From IMG/VR virus record IMGVR_UViG_3300021087_000006: 64,000 nt of DNA; one strand, 5' to 3'. The notes under the pieces are model-generated. The model ran no database searches. It saw only the letters and a list, made by a program, of their open reading frames with translations, and was not told the DNA's origin. This document shows positions 27,863 to 37,157 of this stretch, one piece after another. The translations under genes and the position numbers were made by a program. The DNA comes from an uncultured virus (IMG/VR IMGVR_UViG_3300021087_000006) (lineage: Duplodnaviria > Heunggongvirae > Uroviricota > Caudoviricetes). Positions within the stretch are counted from its first letter, which is position 1. Each line of letters starts with the position of its first letter.

Positions 27863-29770
27863 ATGCCAGCTTATAACCGCCCGGGCGTTTATGTTAACGA
27901 GGCAGCCTTTAAAGCTACCACGACTAGCAGACCCGGCAGAACAACAGCATCATTCGTAGGAACTTCCACTAGAGGACCAGTAGGGAAACCTGTTCTGTGT
28001 ACTTCATGGACCCAGTTTGTTGCTGCCTTTGGGGATATCAGCCCCTCACACGAACTCGGATACTCCGTATACCAGTTCTTTACAAACGGAGGAACAGAGT
28101 GTTACGTAGTACGTACGCTTACAACCTCCACCACTGCTAACACCGCTTCGACGTTAGTCTTAACTTACAACAGCGGCGCAGACACACTATTCACGGCCAC
28201 GTCAAAACTGTCGGGACCTGATGGTGACAACATAACCATACACTGCACACAGAATGCTAGTAACCCCACCTCATCCACCACTGGTGGTTCAGGTATCATG
28301 GACATTTCCATTAAGCATAAAGGTGTTACTAAAGAGTCTTTTGTAGGTATAACCTTTTCTAACTCAACAGCGGCTACATCTGCTACAGGTGCTATTAACC
28401 ATGCTGTAACTGGCTCACAGTACATAACCGTGAGTGCTCAGAATACAGACGCTAACGTAACTGGTGCAAAGTTTAATACTCACTTTGCTAGTGACGTGAC
28501 GTTCACCTTAGCAAGTGGTGCTACTAACGGTTTGGCTGAAAAAGCTACCGGGTATGTCAGAGGAACTACAGCAGGTACTGCCGCTAATCACTTCCTATTA
28601 ACTGCTGAGAACGCAGGACTATGGGGTGGCGGATTGTCTGTGGTAGTCGAAGATGGTGCTGAGTCAGCAACAGCTACGAGCTACGGAACCTTTACCATGA
28701 TTGTTAAGTTAGATGGTGTTGAGAAAGAAAGATGGGCCGAGGTTTCACTAGATGCCACACACAACAGGTACATTGAAACCTTACTTGATAACTACTCAGA
28801 CTATTTAACTTGTTCAAGTGTGGCTACACCTGCAAAGGCAGCCACCACTAAAGTAACTGCTGGTACCTACTTAATAGTAGGAGGTAATGATGGGTCTGCT
28901 GTAGTAGCCTCTGATTTCGCCACAGCGTGTGCTTACTTGGACCAAGTTGAGGGTGACTTGTTAGTAAACCTTCCGGGAAAGACTGACAGTAGTACAGTTA
29001 ACGCCGCAATATCATATGCACAGACTAGGGGCACAGCCTTCGTAATCATTGATGCTGATGCTTCAAAGCTTACAGCGTCTGACATATTGACTGCGGTAAG
29101 CCCATACACCAACAGTGGTTACGCCGCTGTGTACTACCCAGCAGCCAAAGTTGCAGATCCAACAAAGACTGGTCCAGCAGCTTTACGTAACTCTGGGTTA
29201 GGTGGTGCTGTTTCAGCCATTTATGGTAAAGCAGAGCGGATTGGTTCTGTAGGTAAAGCTCCAGCAGGCTACAACATGGATATTGGTAACGTCTTCGGAT
29301 TGGTTACCAACTTATCTGAAGCCGATGAGGGTACGCTTTACGCTGCAAACATCAACCCCATTAGGTTGATTCCGGGTACAGGAGCCATCATCAACGGCAC
29401 CCGCACATTGGCGGTGACTTCTCCAGAGAAGTACATTCCAATCAGGCGAACACTTAACTTTGTTAAAGCTCGTTGTAAAGAAATAACCAAGTTTGCAGTA
29501 TTTGAACCAAATGATGCAAACTTGAGACAACGAGTAATAACTGTCATAGAAAACGAATTAAGAAGTTTGTGGTCTAAGAATGGGCTTAAAGGCTCATCTC
29601 AAGCGCAGGCTTTTTATGTTACGTGTGATCAAACGAACAACACTACCTCCACAATAGGCAACGGCGAGTTGCATGTGGAAGTTGGCTTGGCCTTGCAATA
29701 TCCGGCTGAGTTTATAATCATCAATGTCAGTCAATGGACTGGCGGCGCAAGCGCTGTAGATAATTCTTAG
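27863..29770 (+). CDS. Tail sheath protein
   Basis: RPGVYVNE, RGPVGKP, INPIR, GTRTL, YIPIRR, VFEPND, PAEFIII. Confidence 0.93.
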   Translation: MPAYNRPGVYVNEAAFKATTTSRPGRTTASFVGTSTRGPVGKPVLCTSWTQFVAAFGDISPSHELGYSVYQFFTNGGTECYVVRTLTTSTTANTASTLVLTYNSGADTLFTATSKLSGPDGDNITIHCTQNASNPTSSTTGGSGIMDISIKHKGVTKESFVGITFSNSTAATSATGAINHAVTGSQYITVSAQNTDANVTGAKFNTHFASDVTFTLASGATNGLAEKATGYVRGTTAGTAANHFLLTAENAGLWGGGLSVVVEDGAESATATSYGTFTMIVKLDGVEKERWAEVSLDATHNRYIETLLDNYSDYLTCSSVATPAKAATTKVTAGTYLIVGGNDGSAVVASDFATACAYLDQVEGDLLVNLPGKTDSSTVNAAISYAQTRGTAFVIIDADASKLTASDILTAVSPYTNSGYAAVYYPAAKVADPTKTGPAALRNSGLGGAVSAIYGKAERIGSVGKAPAGYNMDIGNVFGLVTNLSEADEGTLYAANINPIRLIPGTGAIINGTRTLAVTSPEKYIPIRRTLNFVKARCKEITKFAVFEPNDANLRQRVITVIENELRSLWSKNGLKGSSQAQAFYVTCDQTNNTTSTIGNGELHVEVGLALQYPAEFIIINVSQWTGGASAVDNS

Positions 29771-29781
29771 GAGGATAAAAT

Positions 29782-30393
29782 ATGCCAACAGTACTACGCA
29801 CTGACCCATTAAGAAACTTTAAGTTTCGGGTTGCTATAACACCAAGCGGCGATAGCCCACTAAAAGACTTAGCAGACAACCTACCAAACTTAGGTTTTGC
29901 TCAAATGTCTGGTATCGCAGTTACAAACGAGGTCATACCTTACCGCGAGGGTGGTATGAACACACATCCACACAAGATGGTAGGCCAATCAGATTTTGCA
30001 CCAGTGTCGCTGGCGCGAGGTGTTTTTGCGTCTGCCTCAGGGGAATCACTGTACAACTGGCAGCGGTTCTTACATGCGTGGCAGGGTGGTGTTTCTAACG
30101 GATCTAAGGGAGCAGTGTCAGCAGATAATGGTACTGAGTACCGTTGCACCGTTACTGTTTCAGTTTATGATCATCCTGTGACTGACTCTAGCTATAAGTA
30201 TGATCTGGACCCATCAGCATCAGTAAGTGCTAACAACTTAGATGCAAGGTTAACAGTAAACCTGTACAACGCTTGGCCCGGATCTTATTCAATAAGTGAT
30301 CTCAACGCTGGTGATAATGGCATACTGATTCAACAGATGCAGTTACACCATGAAGGTTTTGAGATGGATTGGGCAGTTAAAGATAACGCTTAA
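29782..30393 (+). CDS. Tail tube protein (T4 gp19-like)
   Basis: DPLRNFKFRV, YREGG, V.LARG, NAWP, L.HEG. Confidence 0.9.
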   Translation: MPTVLRTDPLRNFKFRVAITPSGDSPLKDLADNLPNLGFAQMSGIAVTNEVIPYREGGMNTHPHKMVGQSDFAPVSLARGVFASASGESLYNWQRFLHAWQGGVSNGSKGAVSADNGTEYRCTVTVSVYDHPVTDSSYKYDLDPSASVSANNLDARLTVNLYNAWPGSYSISDLNAGDNGILIQQMQLHHEGFEMDWAVKDNA

Positions 30394-30427
30394 ATAATAT
30401 AAAACTCGTAATACATAGGAGGACCTA

Positions 30428-31228
30428 ATGAGTGAAGACTTGGCGGCGGATGCTGCCGTAGTTAACGAAGCAATAGAAGATAAACCACCCGAAATGGCTG
30501 TGGCGGCACCAACTGCTGTCAAGCTACTTCGTGGTATTAAAGATGACGCAGGTAAGTGGCAGAAAAATGCGACTGTCCGAGAGATGACTGGAGAGGATGA
30601 AGAAGAGTTGGCTCGACTTAGTACTCAAGACGATCTGACATATGCAGATTACACATCTGCATTACTAACTCGTGCAGTCATGTCTATCGGTGGTCAACAC
30701 CTTTCTGATGACTCATCTATAATTGACAGTTTGTTGATTGGTGACAGAGACATGCTATTCCTTGGGGTAGTTAAGGCCACGTATGGGAACGTACGCACGT
30801 TCACAGTCACTTGTGGATCTTGCTCTGAATCTAGTGAGGTGCAGGTAAATCTCGATACTGATTTTCCAGTTGCCAGTGCTAAAGGGTCACTTACAAAACC
30901 TCGCAAAGTGCTATTGAAAGATGGTTCTGAGGTTAAGGTCAAGTACCTGACTGGTGCAGACGCTCAGGCGATTGCACTTGCTGGTGAAACCCTTGCAGAA
31001 CAGACTACGTCTATCGTTGCACACAGTGTTGTGTGGGGTGACGACAGGTCTTTTAAGGTCAAGGAACAGTGGGCAAAGGCTCTATCTGTTGCTGACCGTA
31101 GAACTATTGTTGACACCGTGTTGGATGACCAACCCGGTCCGAGTTTGGAGGAGGTGGAAGCCCCGTGCGCCCATTGTGATGAACCAATCATCATGATGCT
31201 CGACTGGGCCTCACTTTTATTTAGTTAA
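30428..31228 (+). CDS. Tail assembly chaperone / baseplate hub assembly protein
   Basis: VREMTGEDEE, LLIGDRD and two CxxC motifs; lies between tube and tape measure. Confidence 0.7.
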   Translation: MSEDLAADAAVVNEAIEDKPPEMAVAAPTAVKLLRGIKDDAGKWQKNATVREMTGEDEEELARLSTQDDLTYADYTSALLTRAVMSIGGQHLSDDSSIIDSLLIGDRDMLFLGVVKATYGNVRTFTVTCGSCSESSEVQVNLDTDFPVASAKGSLTKPRKVLLKDGSEVKVKYLTGADAQAIALAGETLAEQTTSIVAHSVVWGDDRSFKVKEQWAKALSVADRRTIVDTVLDDQPGPSLEEVEAPCAHCDEPIIMMLDWASLLFS

Positions 31229-31229
31229 T

Positions 31230-31364
31230 TTGACTCACGTTTATTGGGAATATGACATAATCGCTCAAGGCTATCCCGGCTTTTCGTTGAGCGACATACG
31301 GGATATGTCGGTGCGACACCGATCTTTTTGGTCTGAGATGGCTAGATGGAGGGCCACTTCCTAA
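31230..31364 (+). CDS. Tail chaperone C-terminal (GT-like) segment in the +1 frame
   Basis: LTHVYWEYDIIAQGYPGFSLSDIRDMSVRHRSFWSEMARWRATS*; its stop overlaps the tape measure ATG (TAATG). Confidence 0.6.
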   Translation: MTHVYWEYDIIAQGYPGFSLSDIRDMSVRHRSFWSEMARWRATS

Positions 31365-33355
31365 TGGCTATTGGTGACGATCAACTAAACCAAGAAAGTG
31401 TAAACACGGGAGGTAGACGAGAAGCTGGTTTTCAAACTATGAAAGCCCGCATGAAAGTTGACGACGGTGAAGTTAAAAAGCTTGCCGAAGGTTTAAAGCG
31501 TGTAGTCTCTATTGTTAAATCACTAACAGAAAGCTTTAAGGAAGCCAATAAGCAAGCTGGAGTACTTACTAAAACAATAAGTGGTATTTCTGGCGGTGGC
31601 GGTGGTAGCGGTGGTGTAGGCAGAACCGATGCGGGTGGCGTTGCCACTAACCCAGACTACATAAGCCAAGGGCCAAGTTATGCTCAAAGAGCAGGCAACT
31701 GGCTCAAGGATGGAGGAGGACCTGACGGCGGTGGAAGAAGTCGTGGGGCAGCCATGACTGACTTTGCTATACAGGGTATACAAGCCGCACACGGGGCAAT
31801 ACAGTCACGTATTGAAGGTGCCTATCCGTACATGCTAACTGCCGATAGAACAGGTTTACTGTATCGCCAAATGTACGGTGGTACCCAACTTGGTTATCAA
31901 TCGCAGTATCGCCAACCATTAGCTAGTAGGCTGCTTGGTCCAAATGGCATTGAGCCATTGTTAGGTTTGCAAGCAGCTACAGGTATAAATGCAAACCAGA
32001 TGGCTGGCTCTGTAGAAGCTATGAGGGTTTCACAAGGGTTTGGAATTTCTACTAGCCAAGCTGGTGGAATGATCAATGCCCTAGCACAGCCCGGATCATC
32101 AAACATGATGACACTACTTACAGGTATGGGCCTATATGGTCCGGGTGGTCGTGTAAATGACCCCATGGCAGTTATGCAGAATATGATACAACGATTCGGA
32201 TTAACTAACGAGGCTATGGTTGCAGGTGCTTTTCAGCCCGGTTCTATGACTAGAGCAAATCTTAGACGTGCAGGTTTACCTGAAGACATGCAAAACATGT
32301 TGCTACAGTACGCCCAGCAGAACGTCAACTTTAGAGAAGCCGGTGGACGTGGGTTTTATGACCCATCCAAGCAATCTGACAGAGAAATGCTTGGCGTTGA
32401 TGACTCCTTTGCTATGGAGGAACAACGCACCAGAATGACAGAGACTGTTAGGCAGGAGAAGTTCTACAGAAGACAGGTAGATAATTTCGCACAACTAGAG
32501 AAGAATACTCAAGGTCTCATTGAGAAGTTCCAGTTACTTGAAGACACCCTCAGTGGCATTGTTGGTGCTGAGATAAGTCTTAAGAACAAGTGGTGGATGC
32601 GTGCGGGAGGAAGTATTCTAAAGTCCGTAGGCGGAGCATTTGGCATGGGTGACACAGAGCACCTAGCCCAGCCCGGAATGGACAGTGGGTTTTCTTCGAG
32701 TCTTAGAAGAATGAAAAATGCTGCTGATGCAGAAGGCGTACCACTGAGTTTAACTAGTGGTGTGCGTAGTAGTGTGAAGCAAGAAAACTTGTTTAGAAGC
32801 AGATACACACCAAACCCTGACGGAGATGTATCATGGAATGGCCAAACTTGGAGTATTAATCCGGGAGCCAGTCCAGCAGCACCTCCGGGAAGGTCACTTC
32901 ATGAAACAGGCCATGCCGCTGACCTTGGTCCGAAGTCATCATATGGTTGGATACAGGCTAACGCCGCAAGATTTGGATTAAGACACGGTGGAAGTTTTGG
33001 TGAGCCGTGGCACGTAGCTCCTGCTCATGTCAAAAATACAGGCGACGTGCGAGGTAATGCGGCAACAGCTATTAGGCATGTGAACTCTAACAGTGTTTCA
33101 GCACCTTCATCAACACCCGCATCGGTTAGCACCTTTGGTATGACTATTCCTGCCGCCATAGACTCTATGTCTTTTGGTGGTTACACCGACATCGGAGATG
33201 GTGAATCTATGGGTGGTGGCTCTGTAATTACTATATCGCCAACCATAAACCTACAAGGTTCTGGCAACACTAATACAGACGCAGAGCGTTTGGCACAACG
33301 AGTGATAAGCATTATCGAAACGTCTAGTGCTATACGTGCATTGAGGAGGTCATAA
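31364..33355 (+). CDS. Tape measure protein with C-terminal M15 (VanY-like) peptidase domain
   Basis: Position; A/G/Q-rich helical region; SGVRS..KQ..LF, AAPPGRSLHETGHAADL, EPWH. Confidence 0.8.
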   Translation: MAIGDDQLNQESVNTGGRREAGFQTMKARMKVDDGEVKKLAEGLKRVVSIVKSLTESFKEANKQAGVLTKTISGISGGGGGSGGVGRTDAGGVATNPDYISQGPSYAQRAGNWLKDGGGPDGGGRSRGAAMTDFAIQGIQAAHGAIQSRIEGAYPYMLTADRTGLLYRQMYGGTQLGYQSQYRQPLASRLLGPNGIEPLLGLQAATGINANQMAGSVEAMRVSQGFGISTSQAGGMINALAQPGSSNMMTLLTGMGLYGPGGRVNDPMAVMQNMIQRFGLTNEAMVAGAFQPGSMTRANLRRAGLPEDMQNMLLQYAQQNVNFREAGGRGFYDPSKQSDREMLGVDDSFAMEEQRTRMTETVRQEKFYRRQVDNFAQLEKNTQGLIEKFQLLEDTLSGIVGAEISLKNKWWMRAGGSILKSVGGAFGMGDTEHLAQPGMDSGFSSSLRRMKNAADAEGVPLSLTSGVRSSVKQENLFRSRYTPNPDGDVSWNGQTWSINPGASPAAPPGRSLHETGHAADLGPKSSYGWIQANAARFGLRHGGSFGEPWHVAPAHVKNTGDVRGNAATAIRHVNSNSVSAPSSTPASVSTFGMTIPAAIDSMSFGGYTDIGDGESMGGGSVITISPTINLQGSGNTNTDAERLAQRVISIIETSSAIRALRRS

Positions 33356-35700
33356 TGCAAGGAAACATGGGTGGACCTTCGAGTAGGGGTGTGTCGGAGA
33401 CAGCCGACTATTCCCTTACTAATCCACCTTTTAATAACTACCCGACACGACTACCTATAGACGGCAAACTACAACGTGGTTACATGCGCCTACTACTGGA
33501 CAATAGAGGCCCTACTGGAGGTGTCTCTCCAGATGCAAATAGTGTAGACAGTGGCACAAGCTCTGAAAGGGTGCCGCCAGCACCGCCCATGACTAAATTG
33601 AATTTTCAATTCAACCCTAACCAACTACGTAGAGATGTGCAGGCTAGGGCAGACACACAACTCTGGATCAATCAATCCCCTGAGCAGCTACTCATGCCCG
33701 GTATTGGCGACATGACATTTTCTTGGCAGATGCTGTTTAATCGTGAGGCTGAGGTTATGCAGAACCCTCCCGGATTCTTCACAACAGACGAGGCTGAAAA
33801 TAGAGCCAGCGGTGCACAACATCCGCTGGATGCTCTGTTGCTTAATCTCTCTGATAGTTCAAACGTGCAACACAACACAACCGAAGAGTTTGCACAAAGG
33901 TTGGGAGTGCTGGCCGACATCATGGTGTTAGACAGCATAACTGGTCAGAGAATATCACACGAGTTTTATGAATATGCAAAGGCGTATGCCACCTATCAAG
34001 CAACCACGCTGTATGATGAGGAAGAAGACGATAGCGGCACAGCCGTTTTGGTTGACGACTCCATGCAAAATGACATGCTTAACATGAACGTTGGCAACTC
34101 TGCATTTTTGATACCACACCCTGTTAGGTGTGTGTTTTCAGAAAACTTTATGGTAGATGGTTACATCAATAGTGTTAGCGTTAACTTACTAAAGTTCAGC
34201 CCTGACATGATTCCCACAGTGGGAATGGTTGACATTTCTATGCACGCTCTTTACCAAGGATTTGCACGCAAGAACACTTTTATGACTCAAGCCATAGATA
34301 GGATGATGGACCCGGATGAAGCTAACCTGACTGAAGGTCAAGCGGCTGAAGTTGAGTCAATTATAGATGAAAAAAATGGCATTGGCTCCGACAGAACAGA
34401 CTGGGGAGCAGCAAAGAATGAGTCAACCGCTGGTATGGAGTTTATACTTTCTGGCATCGACCACTCACCGAAAGCAGAGAGGGAAGAAGCTCAGTTAAAC
34501 GATTTCAATGCGACAGGTGCAGACTACACCGCTAACGGATCTGCTCCGATGAAAAAGGGCAAAGAGAAAGAGAGTGCAATGACCTTTCAACCTGTTTCCT
34601 CACTTCTTAACAGTAAGTGGGGTGTCGCACAGATAGATAAGGCTACTAGTGCTACTGAAAATTACGAGAGCGACGTTGCTCAGAAAACTTTAGATGTCTG
34701 CACATTCCACTACGAAATAGGGTTATCCATTAGGGCTAGGTTATCGGTTGAAGAAAAAGCGGGTGATCACACCGATGATGCAACGTCGTTAGCTGCTCTG
34801 TGGACAGACGGTGGTAAGAATGGTTTTGAGAATTATAAGACAGACCAACACTTCTTCGGCAACTGGCCTAGGGAAACCCGCAAGTTGTTGTTTAGTGAGG
34901 GCATTGATTTCGCAGCAGATCCCAAATTCTCTGGCTATTCACTATCACCAGAAGCCAAGAAATTTAAAGCTGGGGACCCAAAGGAATACACACGTTCCTT
35001 CCCCATCTTGGAGTTAAGAAACCATTCAGGAGAGTATGGTGATGAGGTACGAGTAAAGGCAGGTGAGTTTAAGGTAACCGCCAAAATATTCAAACATTTC
35101 ACTGGTGTAGTAACTGGCCATCTTTATGCAGATCAACAAATAGTGATTTCGCCTGAAGAATACACCGTAAATTTGGCTAAAGGGTTTCACCCTAACCCAG
35201 CCGTCGCCAATACCTTGACTGCTATGCCGCACCCCTTTGTTGAGTTTTTAACTTTAGAAAGTAAAGACGGCGATACTGCTAATAACATAAAGTTCAAAAT
35301 ATTGTACCAGTACTGTACAACTGTCAGGTACGTGACTAAACATAATACCGGGAAGACTATGGATGATACTGGAAGGATATATGTACACGGTATGAGCAAG
35401 AAAGCAGGCTTGGTCAAAAGTGCTAAAGATGCACAACTATACCTAACAACTCAGGGCTCAATACAAGGCAAAACAATAATAACGGATAGTAAAGGTAAGG
35501 GCGATACAAAAGGGTGGTTGGAGTACAACGATCTAAGCGAAGACTTACACTTTGATTATATTGGTGGACTCGATGGTAACGAAGAACGAACGGAGCTTAA
35601 CTACCATACTATGGTGGCAGGCACCGAGAAAGGTGCTAATGATAAGAGACTACGAGGGTATGCCATAACACGCGATGGTATCCGATGGTACGGAGGTTAA
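33355..35700 (+). CDS. Tail tube initiator-like baseplate protein with long C-terminal extension
   Basis: LNFQFNP, LFNR, GVLADI, G.I..VSV...FS..MIP. Confidence 0.6.
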   Translation: MQGNMGGPSSRGVSETADYSLTNPPFNNYPTRLPIDGKLQRGYMRLLLDNRGPTGGVSPDANSVDSGTSSERVPPAPPMTKLNFQFNPNQLRRDVQARADTQLWINQSPEQLLMPGIGDMTFSWQMLFNREAEVMQNPPGFFTTDEAENRASGAQHPLDALLLNLSDSSNVQHNTTEEFAQRLGVLADIMVLDSITGQRISHEFYEYAKAYATYQATTLYDEEEDDSGTAVLVDDSMQNDMLNMNVGNSAFLIPHPVRCVFSENFMVDGYINSVSVNLLKFSPDMIPTVGMVDISMHALYQGFARKNTFMTQAIDRMMDPDEANLTEGQAAEVESIIDEKNGIGSDRTDWGAAKNESTAGMEFILSGIDHSPKAEREEAQLNDFNATGADYTANGSAPMKKGKEKESAMTFQPVSSLLNSKWGVAQIDKATSATENYESDVAQKTLDVCTFHYEIGLSIRARLSVEEKAGDHTDDATSLAALWTDGGKNGFENYKTDQHFFGNWPRETRKLLFSEGIDFAADPKFSGYSLSPEAKKFKAGDPKEYTRSFPILELRNHSGEYGDEVRVKAGEFKVTAKIFKHFTGVVTGHLYADQQIVISPEEYTVNLAKGFHPNPAVANTLTAMPHPFVEFLTLESKDGDTANNIKFKILYQYCTTVRYVTKHNTGKTMDDTGRIYVHGMSKKAGLVKSAKDAQLYLTTQGSIQGKTIITDSKGKGDTKGWLEYNDLSEDLHFDYIGGLDGNEERTELNYHTMVAGTEKGANDKRLRGYAITRDGIRWYGG

Positions 35701-35702
35701 GT

Positions 35703-35954
35703 ATGGCACTACAACCAAACTCCCGATACTCGATAACCACAGACACATTTGGTAGGTCTATATCCACAGAGAAGGACCGCATACCCACAGGTTATGATGT
35801 AGTTGTCAGTGTAGACGGACAAACCTTTGAAGAACTTGCAACAATTCATCTAGGAGACCCGACTCTATGGTGGAAGCTAGCGGACATCAATCCAAGAATT
35901 AAATGGCCTGATAACATTCCGCTAAACACCAGAATACGTATACCGAGGGGCTAA
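35703..35954 (+). CDS. LysM/tail X-like baseplate protein
   Basis: SRY...LA...LGDPTLWWKLADINP...RIP. Confidence 0.8.
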   Translation: MALQPNSRYSITTDTFGRSISTEKDRIPTGYDVVVSVDGQTFEELATIHLGDPTLWWKLADINPRIKWPDNIPLNTRIRIPRG

Positions 35955-35957
35955 TTA

Positions 35958-37157
35958 ATGCCCAGTTCTCCTTTTATCAAACAGCCATCGTCTGTAGTCC
36001 ATGATTTAACAGTGGAAATAAACGGCGTTGATACTTCATTTTATAGCACCGTTGAACGAGTTGACATAAGCCTTCGACAAAACGAGCATGACTTAGCAAC
36101 AATAACAGTCGGTGGTATGAGTGAGTTGGGTGTAACAAGATACATGAACTTACCTATTCGTATACGTGTTAACGTCCCATACTCTGAGGGATTCACCTTT
36201 GTTGGCTACATTACCCAGATAACGCCAACTCATAAAGTCTCCTCGGGTAAAGCAAACGACAGTTTACTACAGGAAGCAACTCTGCATTGTCTGGGAGCAA
36301 GCTCCGTAATGAGGGGCAAGAAAAACAAGATATGGTCAGACTTCAACGTCTTGGGCATGGTCAAAGAATTATCACAGCTTTATAGCTTTTCTTACTCCTG
36401 TCCAGAGGCTAGTTCCTGTCCAAACATCCCTAGGTTGGCACAACGAGGTATGTCCGATTGGGAGGCTTTAACAAAGGCCGCCATTAATTCAGGCTTCGCT
36501 GTCAATGTACATGGTACCCACATACATGTGTGGAAACCTGACAACGCCAGACAGTACGGTGCGCCTACAGGTACTCTAACTTCTGTGTCTTCTACTGCTG
36601 CCACTAGTTTTGAAGGACCCGGAAGGATTATAGAGTTTGATGGTAAGTTCGGATCAGCACACGCATTTGGAGATGTCAACGTAACAGAGGCAACTGTGTT
36701 AGACATCAACGGCAACTTGGTTACGGTAAAGGATTCAGAAATAAGTACAAACAAGTACGGTACTCCTATCGTTTCGACAGTGTCAGATTCTATAGCCATA
36801 GAAGCAATATCTCAGGAAGACCTGACCCGTAGACTAGGTGCTATTAACTCGTACTCAGACGCATTTATTGCAGAGGCAACAACAACTGGAGTAGCCGGAC
36901 CCATACCCGGAAGTGCTATCGGTGTGGACGGATTCTCTAGTGAGTTCGATGGTATGTGGACTGTTAGGTCAGTGACTCTGAAGTTCAACAGGGGTCACTT
37001 TGTGACTCACTGGGAGATAACTCGCAGTAGCTTAGGTAGGAGATTACCTAAGGGAGTGAGTATCAACTACGCGTATACACCTGCCCCAGCGCCTAAGATG
37101 ATAAACAACAAATGGAAGACAACTCTCAGAAAGACATACGAATATGCCACATCATGA
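35958..37157 (+). CDS. Baseplate hub protein (gp27/GpD-like)
   Basis: FVGYI, QRGMSDWEAL, FDGMWTVRSV; position. Confidence 0.7.
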   Translation: MPSSPFIKQPSSVVHDLTVEINGVDTSFYSTVERVDISLRQNEHDLATITVGGMSELGVTRYMNLPIRIRVNVPYSEGFTFVGYITQITPTHKVSSGKANDSLLQEATLHCLGASSVMRGKKNKIWSDFNVLGMVKELSQLYSFSYSCPEASSCPNIPRLAQRGMSDWEALTKAAINSGFAVNVHGTHIHVWKPDNARQYGAPTGTLTSVSSTAATSFEGPGRIIEFDGKFGSAHAFGDVNVTEATVLDINGNLVTVKDSEISTNKYGTPIVSTVSDSIAIEAISQEDLTRRLGAINSYSDAFIAEATTTGVAGPIPGSAIGVDGFSSEFDGMWTVRSVTLKFNRGHFVTHWEITRSSLGRRLPKGVSINYAYTPAPAPKMINNKWKTTLRKTYEYATS

